Origin: an uncultured Alphaproteobacteria bacterium
GTDB taxonomy: Bacteria > Pseudomonadota > Alphaproteobacteria > HIMB59 > GCA-002718135
Assembly (NCBI GenBank): GCA_902521315.1
Contig: CABYRH010000005.1
Span: 336-64,335, forward strand
DNA: 64,000 bases
Direction of reading: 5' to 3'
Shown here: piece by piece, positions 10,000 through 18,467 of the stretch
Layout: each line of letters opens with the position of its first letter
Numbering within the stretch: position 1 is the first letter of the stretch
Translations under genes and position numbers: made by a program
The notes under the pieces: generated by a model
What the model saw: only the letters and a program-made list of their open reading frames with translations
Told to the model about the DNA's origin: nothing
Databases searched by the model: none

Positions 10000-10519
10000 A
10001 ACAACTCATAGAGAAGTTTTAGAAGAAATCATAAGAGTCGATCACGCCGGTGAATATGGTGCAACTAAAATATATGACGGCCAAATAGCAATTTTTGGGA
10101 AAAGTTCAAAGCTTGGAAAAACAATTCAGCATATGGCTGACCAAGAACAAGAGCATATTGATAAATTTAATGAATTAATATTGGAACATAGAGTTAGACC
10201 AACTGCGCTCCTTCCTTTGTGGAATGTTGCGGGTTATGCACTTGGTGCATCCACTGCCTTAATGGGTGAAAAAGCTGCGATGGCATGTACAGTTGCTGTC
10301 GAAAAAGTTATTGGTGAACATTATCAAGAACAATTGGAACTCTTGGGAGATGATCAAAAAGATTTAAAAAAAACAATTTCCAAATTTAGAGATGATGAGC
10401 TTGAGCATCATGATATTGGAATAGAACATGATGCTGAAAATGCACCAGGGTATAAAATTATGTCAAAAGTAATAGAGCTCGGATGTAAAACAGCAATCGC
10501 AATATCAAAAAAAATTTAA
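9950..10519 (+). CDS. coq7: Demethoxyubiquinone hydroxylase Coq7 (di-iron carboxylate)
   Basis: IRVDHAGEYGA, EQEH, AMACTVAVE, FRDDELEH; start assigned to ATG 9950. Confidence 0.92.
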   Translation: MALKKKKTSKKNSLSSKTTHREVLEEIIRVDHAGEYGATKIYDGQIAIFGKSSKLGKTIQHMADQEQEHIDKFNELILEHRVRPTALLPLWNVAGYALGASTALMGEKAAMACTVAVEKVIGEHYQEQLELLGDDQKDLKKTISKFRDDELEHHDIGIEHDAENAPGYKIMSKVIELGCKTAIAISKKI

Positions 10520-11070
10520 TTTTCTAATTCTGTATCCCAGTATAAATAATCCCTCCAAGTTTTATGCAAAAAATTTGGTGGAAAATTCCTGCCGTTATTT
10601 TGTAATTGAATTGATGATGGTCGAAGAGGTTTTTTAAAAAGTTTCATATCTGTATTGTGAATTAATTTTCTTCCTTTTTTTAAATTACAGGAGGTACAAG
10701 CAGAAACTACATTCTCCCATGTAGTTTTACCATTTAAGCATTTAGGCACTAAGTGATCAAATGTTAGTTCATTAGCAGGGAAGCGATTAGTACAATACTG
10801 GCAAGTAAAATTATCTCTTAAAAATACATTAAAACGGGTGAACGCAGGTCTTCTTTGAGGCGTTACATAATCTTTAAGTGCAATTACACTTGGTAACTTA
10901 AAAGTAAGATTTGGAGAATGAACTTCATGCTCATAATTTTCAATCACTGAGACTCTTTCAAGAAAAACGGCTTTAATGGCATCTTGCCATGAGCATAAGG
11001 AAAGTGGGTAATAGGATAGTGGCCGAAAATCAGCATTAAGAACCAAGGCTGGATTTTCTGCAGTACTCAT
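10516..11070 (-). CDS. HNH endonuclease (McrA-like, conserved alphaproteobacterial type)
   Basis: LVLNADFRPLSYYPLS, RDNFTCQYC, LTFDHLVP, NVVSACTSCNLKKG. Confidence 0.9.
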   Translation of the reverse strand: MSTAENPALVLNADFRPLSYYPLSLCSWQDAIKAVFLERVSVIENYEHEVHSPNLTFKLPSVIALKDYVTPQRRPAFTRFNVFLRDNFTCQYCTNRFPANELTFDHLVPKCLNGKTTWENVVSACTSCNLKKGRKLIHNTDMKLFKKPLRPSSIQLQNNGRNFPPNFLHKTWRDYLYWDTELEN

Positions 11071-11134
11071 TTTAGTTTCTACTCACCCAAGTCATATTAT
11101 TCAGATAGTAATATAATATTAAGATTCGATTACT

Positions 11135-11809
11135 TTAAATATTTTTTTTAATAAATTTTTGGAATAAAGTTATTGTTTCTTGCGACATAGTATGCTCATC
11201 ATTTGGTAAAAGGTGAGATTCAAAATTGAAATTATAATTTTTTAAAATTTCAACTGATTCATTGAAATTTGAAATAGGCAATACATTATCTAGTCCACCA
11301 TGTGAAATAAATATTGGTGTTTCTAAAAATGAATTTTTCAAAAAAATTTCTCTTGAAATTATTCTTGAAGAAATAATTGCTATACCAGCTAATTTTTTAT
11401 TAAGAGATTGACCCAATTCAAACGCCATTATTCCTCCTTGGGAAAAGCCCATAACAAAACAATCACTCATCTCAATATTTAAATCATTTGTAATCAGAGA
11501 TATCGTATTAGAAATTTTTTTAACATTTTCATTTATTAAATTTCTAACATTTTCAAATTCTTTTGGACCAACATCAGAAATATAAACACCGTTCAGGTAT
11601 AAATCAAACCATTGATAACCCATTGGATTGCCAGGCATAATACTTGGTGCATTTAAAGCTACATAATGCATTCCCCATTCATCTTGGTCTAAAGGTTCTG
11701 CTAAATGAATAAAATTAGCAGCATTGTCACCATAACCATGAAGCATTACCATTAATTTCTTAGGATTATCGTGTTTTGATATTGATGGGCCTAATAATAT
11801 ATTATCCAT
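11135..11809 (-). CDS. Phospholipase/carboxylesterase (alpha/beta hydrolase)
   Basis: MLHGYGD, GFSQG nucleophile, SHGGLDNVLP, C-terminal His; probable start ATG 11809. Confidence 0.85.
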   Translation of the reverse strand: MDNILLGPSISKHDNPKKLMVMLHGYGDNAANFIHLAEPLDQDEWGMHYVALNAPSIMPGNPMGYQWFDLYLNGVYISDVGPKEFENVRNLINENVKKISNTISLITNDLNIEMSDCFVMGFSQGGIMAFELGQSLNKKLAGIAIISSRIISREIFLKNSFLETPIFISHGGLDNVLPISNFNESVEILKNYNFNFESHLLPNDEHTMSQETITLFQKFIKKNI

Positions 11810-11865
11810 ACTGACCTTATGTATGAATTCTTGCTTCATTCAAGAAAAGTTTTATATAGATATAT

Positions 11866-12060
11866 ATGGGTACAATGCAGATAGTGCTAGTTTTATTTAT
11901 GGCTGCAACTCTAGCTGTCGTAGTCATTGGAGTCATAGCAATGGCTGTAAATGGCAAACTTAATAAAAATCATAGTAATAAGCTAATGCGTTTAAGAGTA
12001 CTTTTTCAAGCTATAGCTATATTTGTTTTTGTTGTTATTGTCTGGCTTGCTAGAAATTAA
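11866..12060 (+). CDS. HIG1-domain twin-transmembrane-helix small protein
   Basis: Two TM helices flanking SNKLMRLRVLFQ. Confidence 0.85.
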   Translation: MGTMQIVLVLFMAATLAVVVIGVIAMAVNGKLNKNHSNKLMRLRVLFQAIAIFVFVVIVWLARN

Positions 12061-12110
12061 AATTTAGAGTCTAGATAAATCATTAATTTTTTAGTATATA
12101 CACGCACACT

Positions 12111-12293
12111 ATGGGAATCCATTTTAATCACAAATCAAGAGCGGGAGACCGCAAAATGCAGAAAGAACTTAAGCTGAAAATGAAGGCTGAGGAACGTAAG
12201 AAAAAACGTGAAGAACAAGAAAAGCTTAAAATGGAAGAAGAAATGCGTAAGCTTGAAGAGCTTACAAGACCTGATAAAGAAGAAAATCAGTAA
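12111..12293 (+). CDS. Hypothetical small charged coiled-coil protein
   Basis: 60-aa ORF with gene-like codon bias (CGT, GAA) and an upstream TATATA element; no family recognised. Confidence 0.7.
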   Translation: MGIHFNHKSRAGDRKMQKELKLKMKAEERKKKREEQEKLKMEEEMRKLEELTRPDKEENQ

Positions 12294-12331
12294 TAACAGA
12301 AATATTAATTATTAAAAATTTTTAAAATTTA

Positions 12332-13147
12332 CTAACTGGGTAAAGGATAATATTCAGCTATAAATTTCTTTAGAATTTCTAATGTTTGATCAGCCTCTTC
12401 TAAGAGCATCATATGACCACAATCTTCAATAATCTTTACTTCCGAGCCCTTAATATAATCAGCAAGAATTTTTCCATCTTTTAAACGGCACATTCTGTCT
12501 TGTGCACCTAATATAGAAAGAGTTGGTAAATCTAATTTTTTAGCAATCTCAGGTCCGTTTTTATAATTATCACATGCTCTAAAATCAACACCTAAAGTAT
12601 CTTTAATTTCTTTATTTTGAACAATCATGGAACCAACATTTAGGTGGTATAAACCTGGAACAGGATGACCTCCAAAATGTCCTGCAGGGCCATGAGCAAA
12701 ATCCATCATAAGATCAACTGCCTTAGGATTACTCTCTTCAGCTAGCTTTAATAATTCTGGGTTCATCGGAATAGCTGACGCACCACCCATAAGAGTTAAC
12801 GTTTTAATTTTTTCTGGGTGTTGAGCAACACATTCCATTGTTACAAGACATCCTTGAGAATGTCCAACTAGTGAAGCTTCTTTACATCCAACTGCACCAA
12901 TAACATCACCAACCCAGTTTCCCATTTCTTCAATAGTTTTTAAACTTTCACCAGAAGATAATCCGTGACCTGGTAAATCAACTGCTAAAACACTGTATCC
13001 ACGGAATGCAAAGTAACGTGTTTGTAAAACCCAAACCATGTGACTTAGTCCACTACCGTGAACAAAAATAATAAGAGGTTTATTTTTATCAAAAGGTCTG
13101 CCTCCAGTGGAGGCAAATGTATCGATACCACGAACTTTAAACTTCAT
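12332..13147 (-). CDS. Alpha/beta fold hydrolase (metY-associated)
   Basis: FVHGSG, DLPGHG, GHSQG, D..., CGHMM catalytic triad pattern. Confidence 0.85.
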   Translation of the reverse strand: MKFKVRGIDTFASTGGRPFDKNKPLIIFVHGSGLSHMVWVLQTRYFAFRGYSVLAVDLPGHGLSSGESLKTIEEMGNWVGDVIGAVGCKEASLVGHSQGCLVTMECVAQHPEKIKTLTLMGGASAIPMNPELLKLAEESNPKAVDLMMDFAHGPAGHFGGHPVPGLYHLNVGSMIVQNKEIKDTLGVDFRACDNYKNGPEIAKKLDLPTLSILGAQDRMCRLKDGKILADYIKGSEVKIIEDCGHMMLLEEADQTLEILKKFIAEYYPLPS

Positions 13148-14458
13148 TTATTTGTTTGCAACTAAACGAGGTTTTTTTGCAGCTCTAAATCCATCTTCGA
13201 AATCGTTTACGATATCTTCAAAGTCTTCTAGGCCAACAGACAGTCTAATCATATCATGAGATAGTCCAGCAAATTTTAAAGTTGCCTCATCCATTTGAGA
13301 GTGCGTTGCAGATGCTGGATGAATAACTAGTGTTCTCGCATCACCTACATTTGCTAAATGAGATGCAAGTTTAACATTGTTAATAAATGCAGCTCCAGCT
13401 TCCTTCCCACCTTTAATTCCAAAGGCGATCATTGACCCCGTACCCTTAGGTAGAATTTTTTCTGCTAGTTCTTTGTCTGGATGTCCTGGTGCACTAGCAT
13501 GAGAAACCCAAGCAACACTTTCATGATTTGATAAATACTCAACCATTTTCAACGCATTAGAACAATGTTTTTCCATTCGAAGAGAGAGGGTTTCTAAACC
13601 ATGTAAAATATTCCATGCATTTTGTGGTGCTAAACATGGCCCCATATCTCTCATACCCTCAGCTCTTGCCATCATTGTAAAAGCTGTTGGGCCAAATTCT
13701 TCTGCAAATGATAATCCATGATAGCCCTCGTAAGGTTCTGTCATAGAAGGAAATTTATCATTTTGCATCCAATCAAAAGTTCCACCTTCAACTAATATTC
13801 CTGCCATAGAAGAACCATTACCACTCATCCATTTAGTTAGTGAGTGCACAACAAGGTCAGCTCCGTGTTCAAAAGGTCTGCACAAATAAGGAGTTTGATA
13901 AGTACTATCAATAATTAGTGGGATACCAGCTTCTTTTGCTATGTTTGAAACTTCAGGCATGTTCATCAATTCATTACCAGGGTTACCAACAAGCTCACCA
14001 AAAATACCTTTAGTATTCGGTTGAATTGCTTTTTTAAAACCTTCTGTATCTCTTGGTTTTACAAAAGTTGTTTTAATACCAAACTTAGGAAGCGTTAATC
14101 TAAATAAATTTACAGTTCCACCGTAAAGCTGAGAGGAAACAACCATGTGATCACCAGCGTTACAAAGGGTCATAATAGTTAAAAATATTGCACTCATTCC
14201 AGATGCAGTTGCAAGAGCAGCTGTTCCTCCTTCAAGTGCACAAACTCTTTCTTCTAGAACTTGTACTGTTGGGTTGGACATACGACTATAAATATGACCA
14301 CCTCTTTCTAAATTAAAAAGTGCTGCCGCATGATCGACATCATCAAACATATATGAAGTTGTTTGATAAATTGGTACTTGTCTTGAGCCAGCGTTTTTAC
14401 TTGGTTGATAACCAGCATGTAGACTTAGTGTGTCAAATTTATAAGTTTTTGGATCCAT
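13148..14458 (-). CDS. metY: O-acetylhomoserine aminocarboxypropyltransferase / sulfhydrylase
   Basis: VPIYQTTSY, YSRMSNPT, HSLTKW PLP lysine, HLANVGDARTLVIHPASATH, IRLSVGLE. Confidence 0.9.
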   Translation of the reverse strand: MDPKTYKFDTLSLHAGYQPSKNAGSRQVPIYQTTSYMFDDVDHAAALFNLERGGHIYSRMSNPTVQVLEERVCALEGGTAALATASGMSAIFLTIMTLCNAGDHMVVSSQLYGGTVNLFRLTLPKFGIKTTFVKPRDTEGFKKAIQPNTKGIFGELVGNPGNELMNMPEVSNIAKEAGIPLIIDSTYQTPYLCRPFEHGADLVVHSLTKWMSGNGSSMAGILVEGGTFDWMQNDKFPSMTEPYEGYHGLSFAEEFGPTAFTMMARAEGMRDMGPCLAPQNAWNILHGLETLSLRMEKHCSNALKMVEYLSNHESVAWVSHASAPGHPDKELAEKILPKGTGSMIAFGIKGGKEAGAAFINNVKLASHLANVGDARTLVIHPASATHSQMDEATLKFAGLSHDMIRLSVGLEDFEDIVNDFEDGFRAAKKPRLVANK

Positions 14459-16090
14459 TTATAACTCCTTTGCTTTTGTTCTTAATTCAAACTTTTGTAT
14501 CTTCCCAGTTGATGTTTTTGGTAATTCACCAAAGATTACATGCTTTGGTCTTTTAAATCCAGCCATATTTTCTTTACAAAACTGAATTATATCGTCTTCT
14601 GTGGCAATTTTTCCAGGGGCTAGTTCTACGAAAGCACATGGTGTTTCACCCCACTTCTCATCTGGCTTGGCAACTACTGCAACCAAGGAAACAGCTGGGT
14701 GTTTAGCAACAACATTTTCCACTTCCACAGATGAAATATTTTCTCCTCCAGAAATTATAATATCTTTCGATCTATCTTTTATTTGAATATATCCATCAGG
14801 ATATACAACGGCTAAATCACCAGAGTGAAACCATCCCTTTTTCATGGATGTTTCAGTCGCCTCTTTATTTTTATAATATCCTTTCATTACTACATTACCT
14901 CGAATTAAAATCTCTCCCATGGTTTCTCCATCCATCGGAACTTTTTCATAGGTTTCTGGATCAGCGACACATACTTCTTCAGTATTTGGGTAACGAACAC
15001 CTTGTCTTGCTTTAATATCAGCTTTTTCAGATTTTGATTGTGATTCCCATTCTTCATTCCAAGCACACTGAAGAATATGACCGTATGTTTCAGTTAATCC
15101 ATATACATGCATAACTTCAAAACCTAAGTTATCCATCTTTTCAAGAATTGCACTCGTTGGTGGAGCACCAGCTGTTAATACATATACTTTATGATTTATT
15201 TCTTTTTTATCTTTTTCATCAGCATTAGCAATTAAACTTAAAACTATAGGAGCGCCTCCGAAATGAGTTACTTTGTATTTATCTATTAAATTATAAATAT
15301 CTTTTGCAACAATGTACCTGCAGCAAATAATCTTCGCATGTATTAAAGCGGCTGTCCAAGGGTAGCCCCATCCGTTACAGTGGAACATTGGAACAGTATA
15401 AAGAAATGTTAATTTATTAGGCATGTTCCATGCCGTAACACTTCCAGTAGACATTAAATACGATCCACGGTGGTGATACACAACACCTTTTGGTTTACCA
15501 GTTGTACCTGATGTATAGCTTAGTGAGATTGCTTGCCATTCATCTTCAGGTAAAGACCAATTATAATTGTCATCACCTGTTTGTAAAAACTTTTCATATG
15601 TCATTTCTCCAATTTGTTCACCCTCACCATCTTTAAAAACTGCCTGATCATCATGAATATCAATAATAGGAATATTCTTCCCATATATTTGCAAAGCTTT
15701 TTTCATTGTAGGTGAAAATTGAGTATCAGTTATAAGAAGTTTTGCATCACTATGATCTAAAATATACGCAATTGTTTCTGCATCAAGTCTGGTATTGATT
15801 GTATTAATTACGCCGCCAGTCATTGGAATAGAATAATGTGCTTCGAATAATTCTGGAGTATTTGCAGCTATAATTGAAACAGTACTTCCTTTTGTAATTC
15901 CTTTTTTTGCTAAAGCACTAGCAAACTTGGTACATCGATTATAGGTTTCAAGCCAAGTGTAACTTCTATTTCCATAAACTAAAGAGTCATAATTTGGATA
16001 AATGTCTTTTACGCGAGTTATAAAACTTAAAGGTGATAATGGAACAAAATTGGCTGAATTTTTATCTAAGTTTGTATCAAAATTACTCAT
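14459..16090 (-). CDS. Acyl-CoA synthetase, resembling the DmdB1-type 3-methylmercaptopropionyl-CoA ligase
   Basis: LDKNSANFVPLSPL N-terminus, YTSGTTGKPKGVVYHHRG, VPMFHCNGW, YGLTETYG, LPKTSTGKIQK. The DmdB1 resemblance is from recollection, not a search. Confidence 0.8.
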   Translation of the reverse strand: MSNFDTNLDKNSANFVPLSPLSFITRVKDIYPNYDSLVYGNRSYTWLETYNRCTKFASALAKKGITKGSTVSIIAANTPELFEAHYSIPMTGGVINTINTRLDAETIAYILDHSDAKLLITDTQFSPTMKKALQIYGKNIPIIDIHDDQAVFKDGEGEQIGEMTYEKFLQTGDDNYNWSLPEDEWQAISLSYTSGTTGKPKGVVYHHRGSYLMSTGSVTAWNMPNKLTFLYTVPMFHCNGWGYPWTAALIHAKIICCRYIVAKDIYNLIDKYKVTHFGGAPIVLSLIANADEKDKKEINHKVYVLTAGAPPTSAILEKMDNLGFEVMHVYGLTETYGHILQCAWNEEWESQSKSEKADIKARQGVRYPNTEEVCVADPETYEKVPMDGETMGEILIRGNVVMKGYYKNKEATETSMKKGWFHSGDLAVVYPDGYIQIKDRSKDIIISGGENISSVEVENVVAKHPAVSLVAVVAKPDEKWGETPCAFVELAPGKIATEDDIIQFCKENMAGFKRPKHVIFGELPKTSTGKIQKFELRTKAKEL

Positions 16091-16128
16091 CTGTCTCCTA
16101 TAAGGATCAAATACTACAAGAAATTAAT

Positions 16129-18363
16129 TTAATTTACTAATGGTTTTCCAGTTTCAAGTGTATGTTTTATTCGCTCTTGAGTTTTAGTCATCTGGATAAG
16201 TCGCATGAAAGCTTCTAATTCGAGATTATAAAGATCATCTTCACTTAATTCATTATCAATATTTGTATTTCCACCACTAAGTACAAAAGCAATTTGTTTA
16301 CCTACTTCTAATCCATGGTCTAAAATTTTATTTTCATTATATAGTGTTTCAAGTTTTTCAAACATTTTATCTCTGACAGCACTACCGCCTAAATTGAATT
16401 TAGGTTGAGATGGTTTTTCATACCCTCCCTCAATATTATTTAATAAATCGATAGCCGTTGATAATTGTCTGTCTCTATTTATTACCACTTTATCCTTTTC
16501 TAAAAAGAATTGATTTGGTAGCGCTTCATTTGGTGAGGTAGCAGTAATAGCATAACCAATAAGATCAAAAACTTTCATAGAAGCATGTTCAGAATTTTCT
16601 TTACCCTCTGGAGTTTGTAACCAACGCCACAGCATTTCCTTACAACCCCCGCCAGCAGGAATGAGTCCAACTAAAGATTCAACTAGTCCAAGAACAACAT
16701 TTGTATGCGCAACGCTATAATCACAATGCAATACCACTTCAAAACCACCTCCAATAGCAAGCCCAGATGGTGCAGCAATAAAAGGCTTATCTGCATATTT
16801 TATTGTTTTACAAGTTTGTTGGAAATCAATTATAAATTTTTCAATTTTAGACCATTCATTATTTTTAGCAAATTCCATGACATAATTTAAATTTACTCCA
16901 GCAGAAAATTGCATTGCATCATTAATCACAATTGTGCTTTTATTGTTTTGAGCAGCTTCTTTTAAAGCTAACATAGAGTCAGTATCTAAAGCGTTTGCCT
17001 TAGTAGTAAATTCAACAACCTGATAAGATACAGCATTTTTAACATTAGCAGAAGGGTTCTCAAAAGTTTTTTGTAAATTTAACGATCTCAAATTATCAAT
17101 ACTTGAATCTAAATATCCAGGTCTTTTATTAAATTCAAAAATTCCCCTTAAATCTTTAAAGAAGTTAATATCAGTATTTTGATCAATAAAATTTTTTGTA
17201 TCTATATTTGAAAGCATTTCAAAAGGGCCAACGGTCCAATTAAAACCTAATCTTAGTGCATCATCTATGTCTATATATTTTGATGATACATCAGGGATTA
17301 AATATGCAGCATACCTAATTACTTTTGTCAGAATTGATTTTGCATATTCACCGTATTTGTCTTTTCTTTGGATAAGTTTATTTATATCAATTTTATCTCC
17401 CATACCTAAATTAATTTTCTGACTTGGGTGATACTCACCAGTTTCTAAATTAATAGCTTCAAGAATTTTTTTTCCATCAGATTTATTCATTCTATAAAAA
17501 CCGCCCTTACCTTTTCTTCCTGTATACCCAGTTTCAATAAGTTTTTTGACCAATGGAATCTCTTGTGCAACCTCATGGAAAGGATCTTCTTTTGGGAGTT
17601 CTTTGATAAAACTTTTTAAAACATCAGCCATCAAATCAATGCCGATTAAATCGTATAGTCCAAAAATTCCAGTCTTTGGGATACCCATTGGTCTTCCAAA
17701 AACTGCATCAGCTTCTTCAATTGATATCTTCATTTTAAAAGCTTCAGTCATAGCAACTTGCATTGCATAAACTCCAATTCTGTTACCAATAAATCCTGGA
17801 GTGTCGTTACAAATAATTACACCTTTACCAAGTTTTTCATCACAAAATTGTTTTAATAAATTTATTTTTTCAATGTCATTAACTTCTTCAGTTACTATCT
17901 CGAGCAATGCCATATATCGAACTGGATTAAAAAAATGGGTAATGCAAAAATTTTTTTTCATTTCATCTGACATATTTGCTGATAAAATTTTTAATGGAAT
18001 TGTAGATGTATTAGATGAAATTATAGAATTGTTCTTTCTTGTAGTCTGAATTTTATCATAAATGTTATGTTTAATATCTATTCTCTCAACAACAGCCTCC
18101 ACAACCCAATCAGCTTCCGCAACTTCATTAAAGTCATCCTCAATATTTCCAACCTTAATTAATTCTGCTTTGTTTTTTTCTACTAAAAGTGGAGGTCGTG
18201 ATTTTTTAATTCTTTCTTTAGCGTTTTCTGTAATTTGGTTTCTAGATCCTTCTTTTGAAGGTAAGTCTAGAAGTGTAACATCAATATTAGCATTTGCTAT
18301 TTGGGCTGCGATTCCACTGCCCATAGTGCCAGATCCTATTACTACTACTTTTTTAATATTCAT
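16129..18363 (-). CDS. 3-hydroxyacyl-CoA dehydrogenase / enoyl-CoA hydratase (FadN-type)
   Basis: VIGSGTMGSGIA, SSNTSTIP, HFFNPVRYM, C-terminal crotonase (FSAGVNL, GGGFE, GLVESLVGLIPAGGG), GKPLVN end. Confidence 0.9.
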   Translation of the reverse strand: MNIKKVVVIGSGTMGSGIAAQIANANIDVTLLDLPSKEGSRNQITENAKERIKKSRPPLLVEKNKAELIKVGNIEDDFNEVAEADWVVEAVVERIDIKHNIYDKIQTTRKNNSIISSNTSTIPLKILSANMSDEMKKNFCITHFFNPVRYMALLEIVTEEVNDIEKINLLKQFCDEKLGKGVIICNDTPGFIGNRIGVYAMQVAMTEAFKMKISIEEADAVFGRPMGIPKTGIFGLYDLIGIDLMADVLKSFIKELPKEDPFHEVAQEIPLVKKLIETGYTGRKGKGGFYRMNKSDGKKILEAINLETGEYHPSQKINLGMGDKIDINKLIQRKDKYGEYAKSILTKVIRYAAYLIPDVSSKYIDIDDALRLGFNWTVGPFEMLSNIDTKNFIDQNTDINFFKDLRGIFEFNKRPGYLDSSIDNLRSLNLQKTFENPSANVKNAVSYQVVEFTTKANALDTDSMLALKEAAQNNKSTIVINDAMQFSAGVNLNYVMEFAKNNEWSKIEKFIIDFQQTCKTIKYADKPFIAAPSGLAIGGGFEVVLHCDYSVAHTNVVLGLVESLVGLIPAGGGCKEMLWRWLQTPEGKENSEHASMKVFDLIGYAITATSPNEALPNQFFLEKDKVVINRDRQLSTAIDLLNNIEGGYEKPSQPKFNLGGSAVRDKMFEKLETLYNENKILDHGLEVGKQIAFVLSGGNTNIDNELSEDDLYNLELEAFMRLIQMTKTQERIKHTLETGKPLVN

Positions 18364-18467
18364 GTGAGTTCTATAAAGGTGAGCTTATATAAGAAAAATT
18401 TGCCGTATGAAAATAATTTAAGCATAAGGGTGGAAATTAATATAAATATCTCTTATAGGCGCGCAAA

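Noticed and set aside
10516..11070. HNH endonuclease ~1.6 kb from tRNA-Leu as a sign of a mobile element or defence island
   Set aside because: No integrase, att repeat or methyltransferase nearby. This HNH type next to a carboxylesterase is a common alphaproteobacterial core arrangement.
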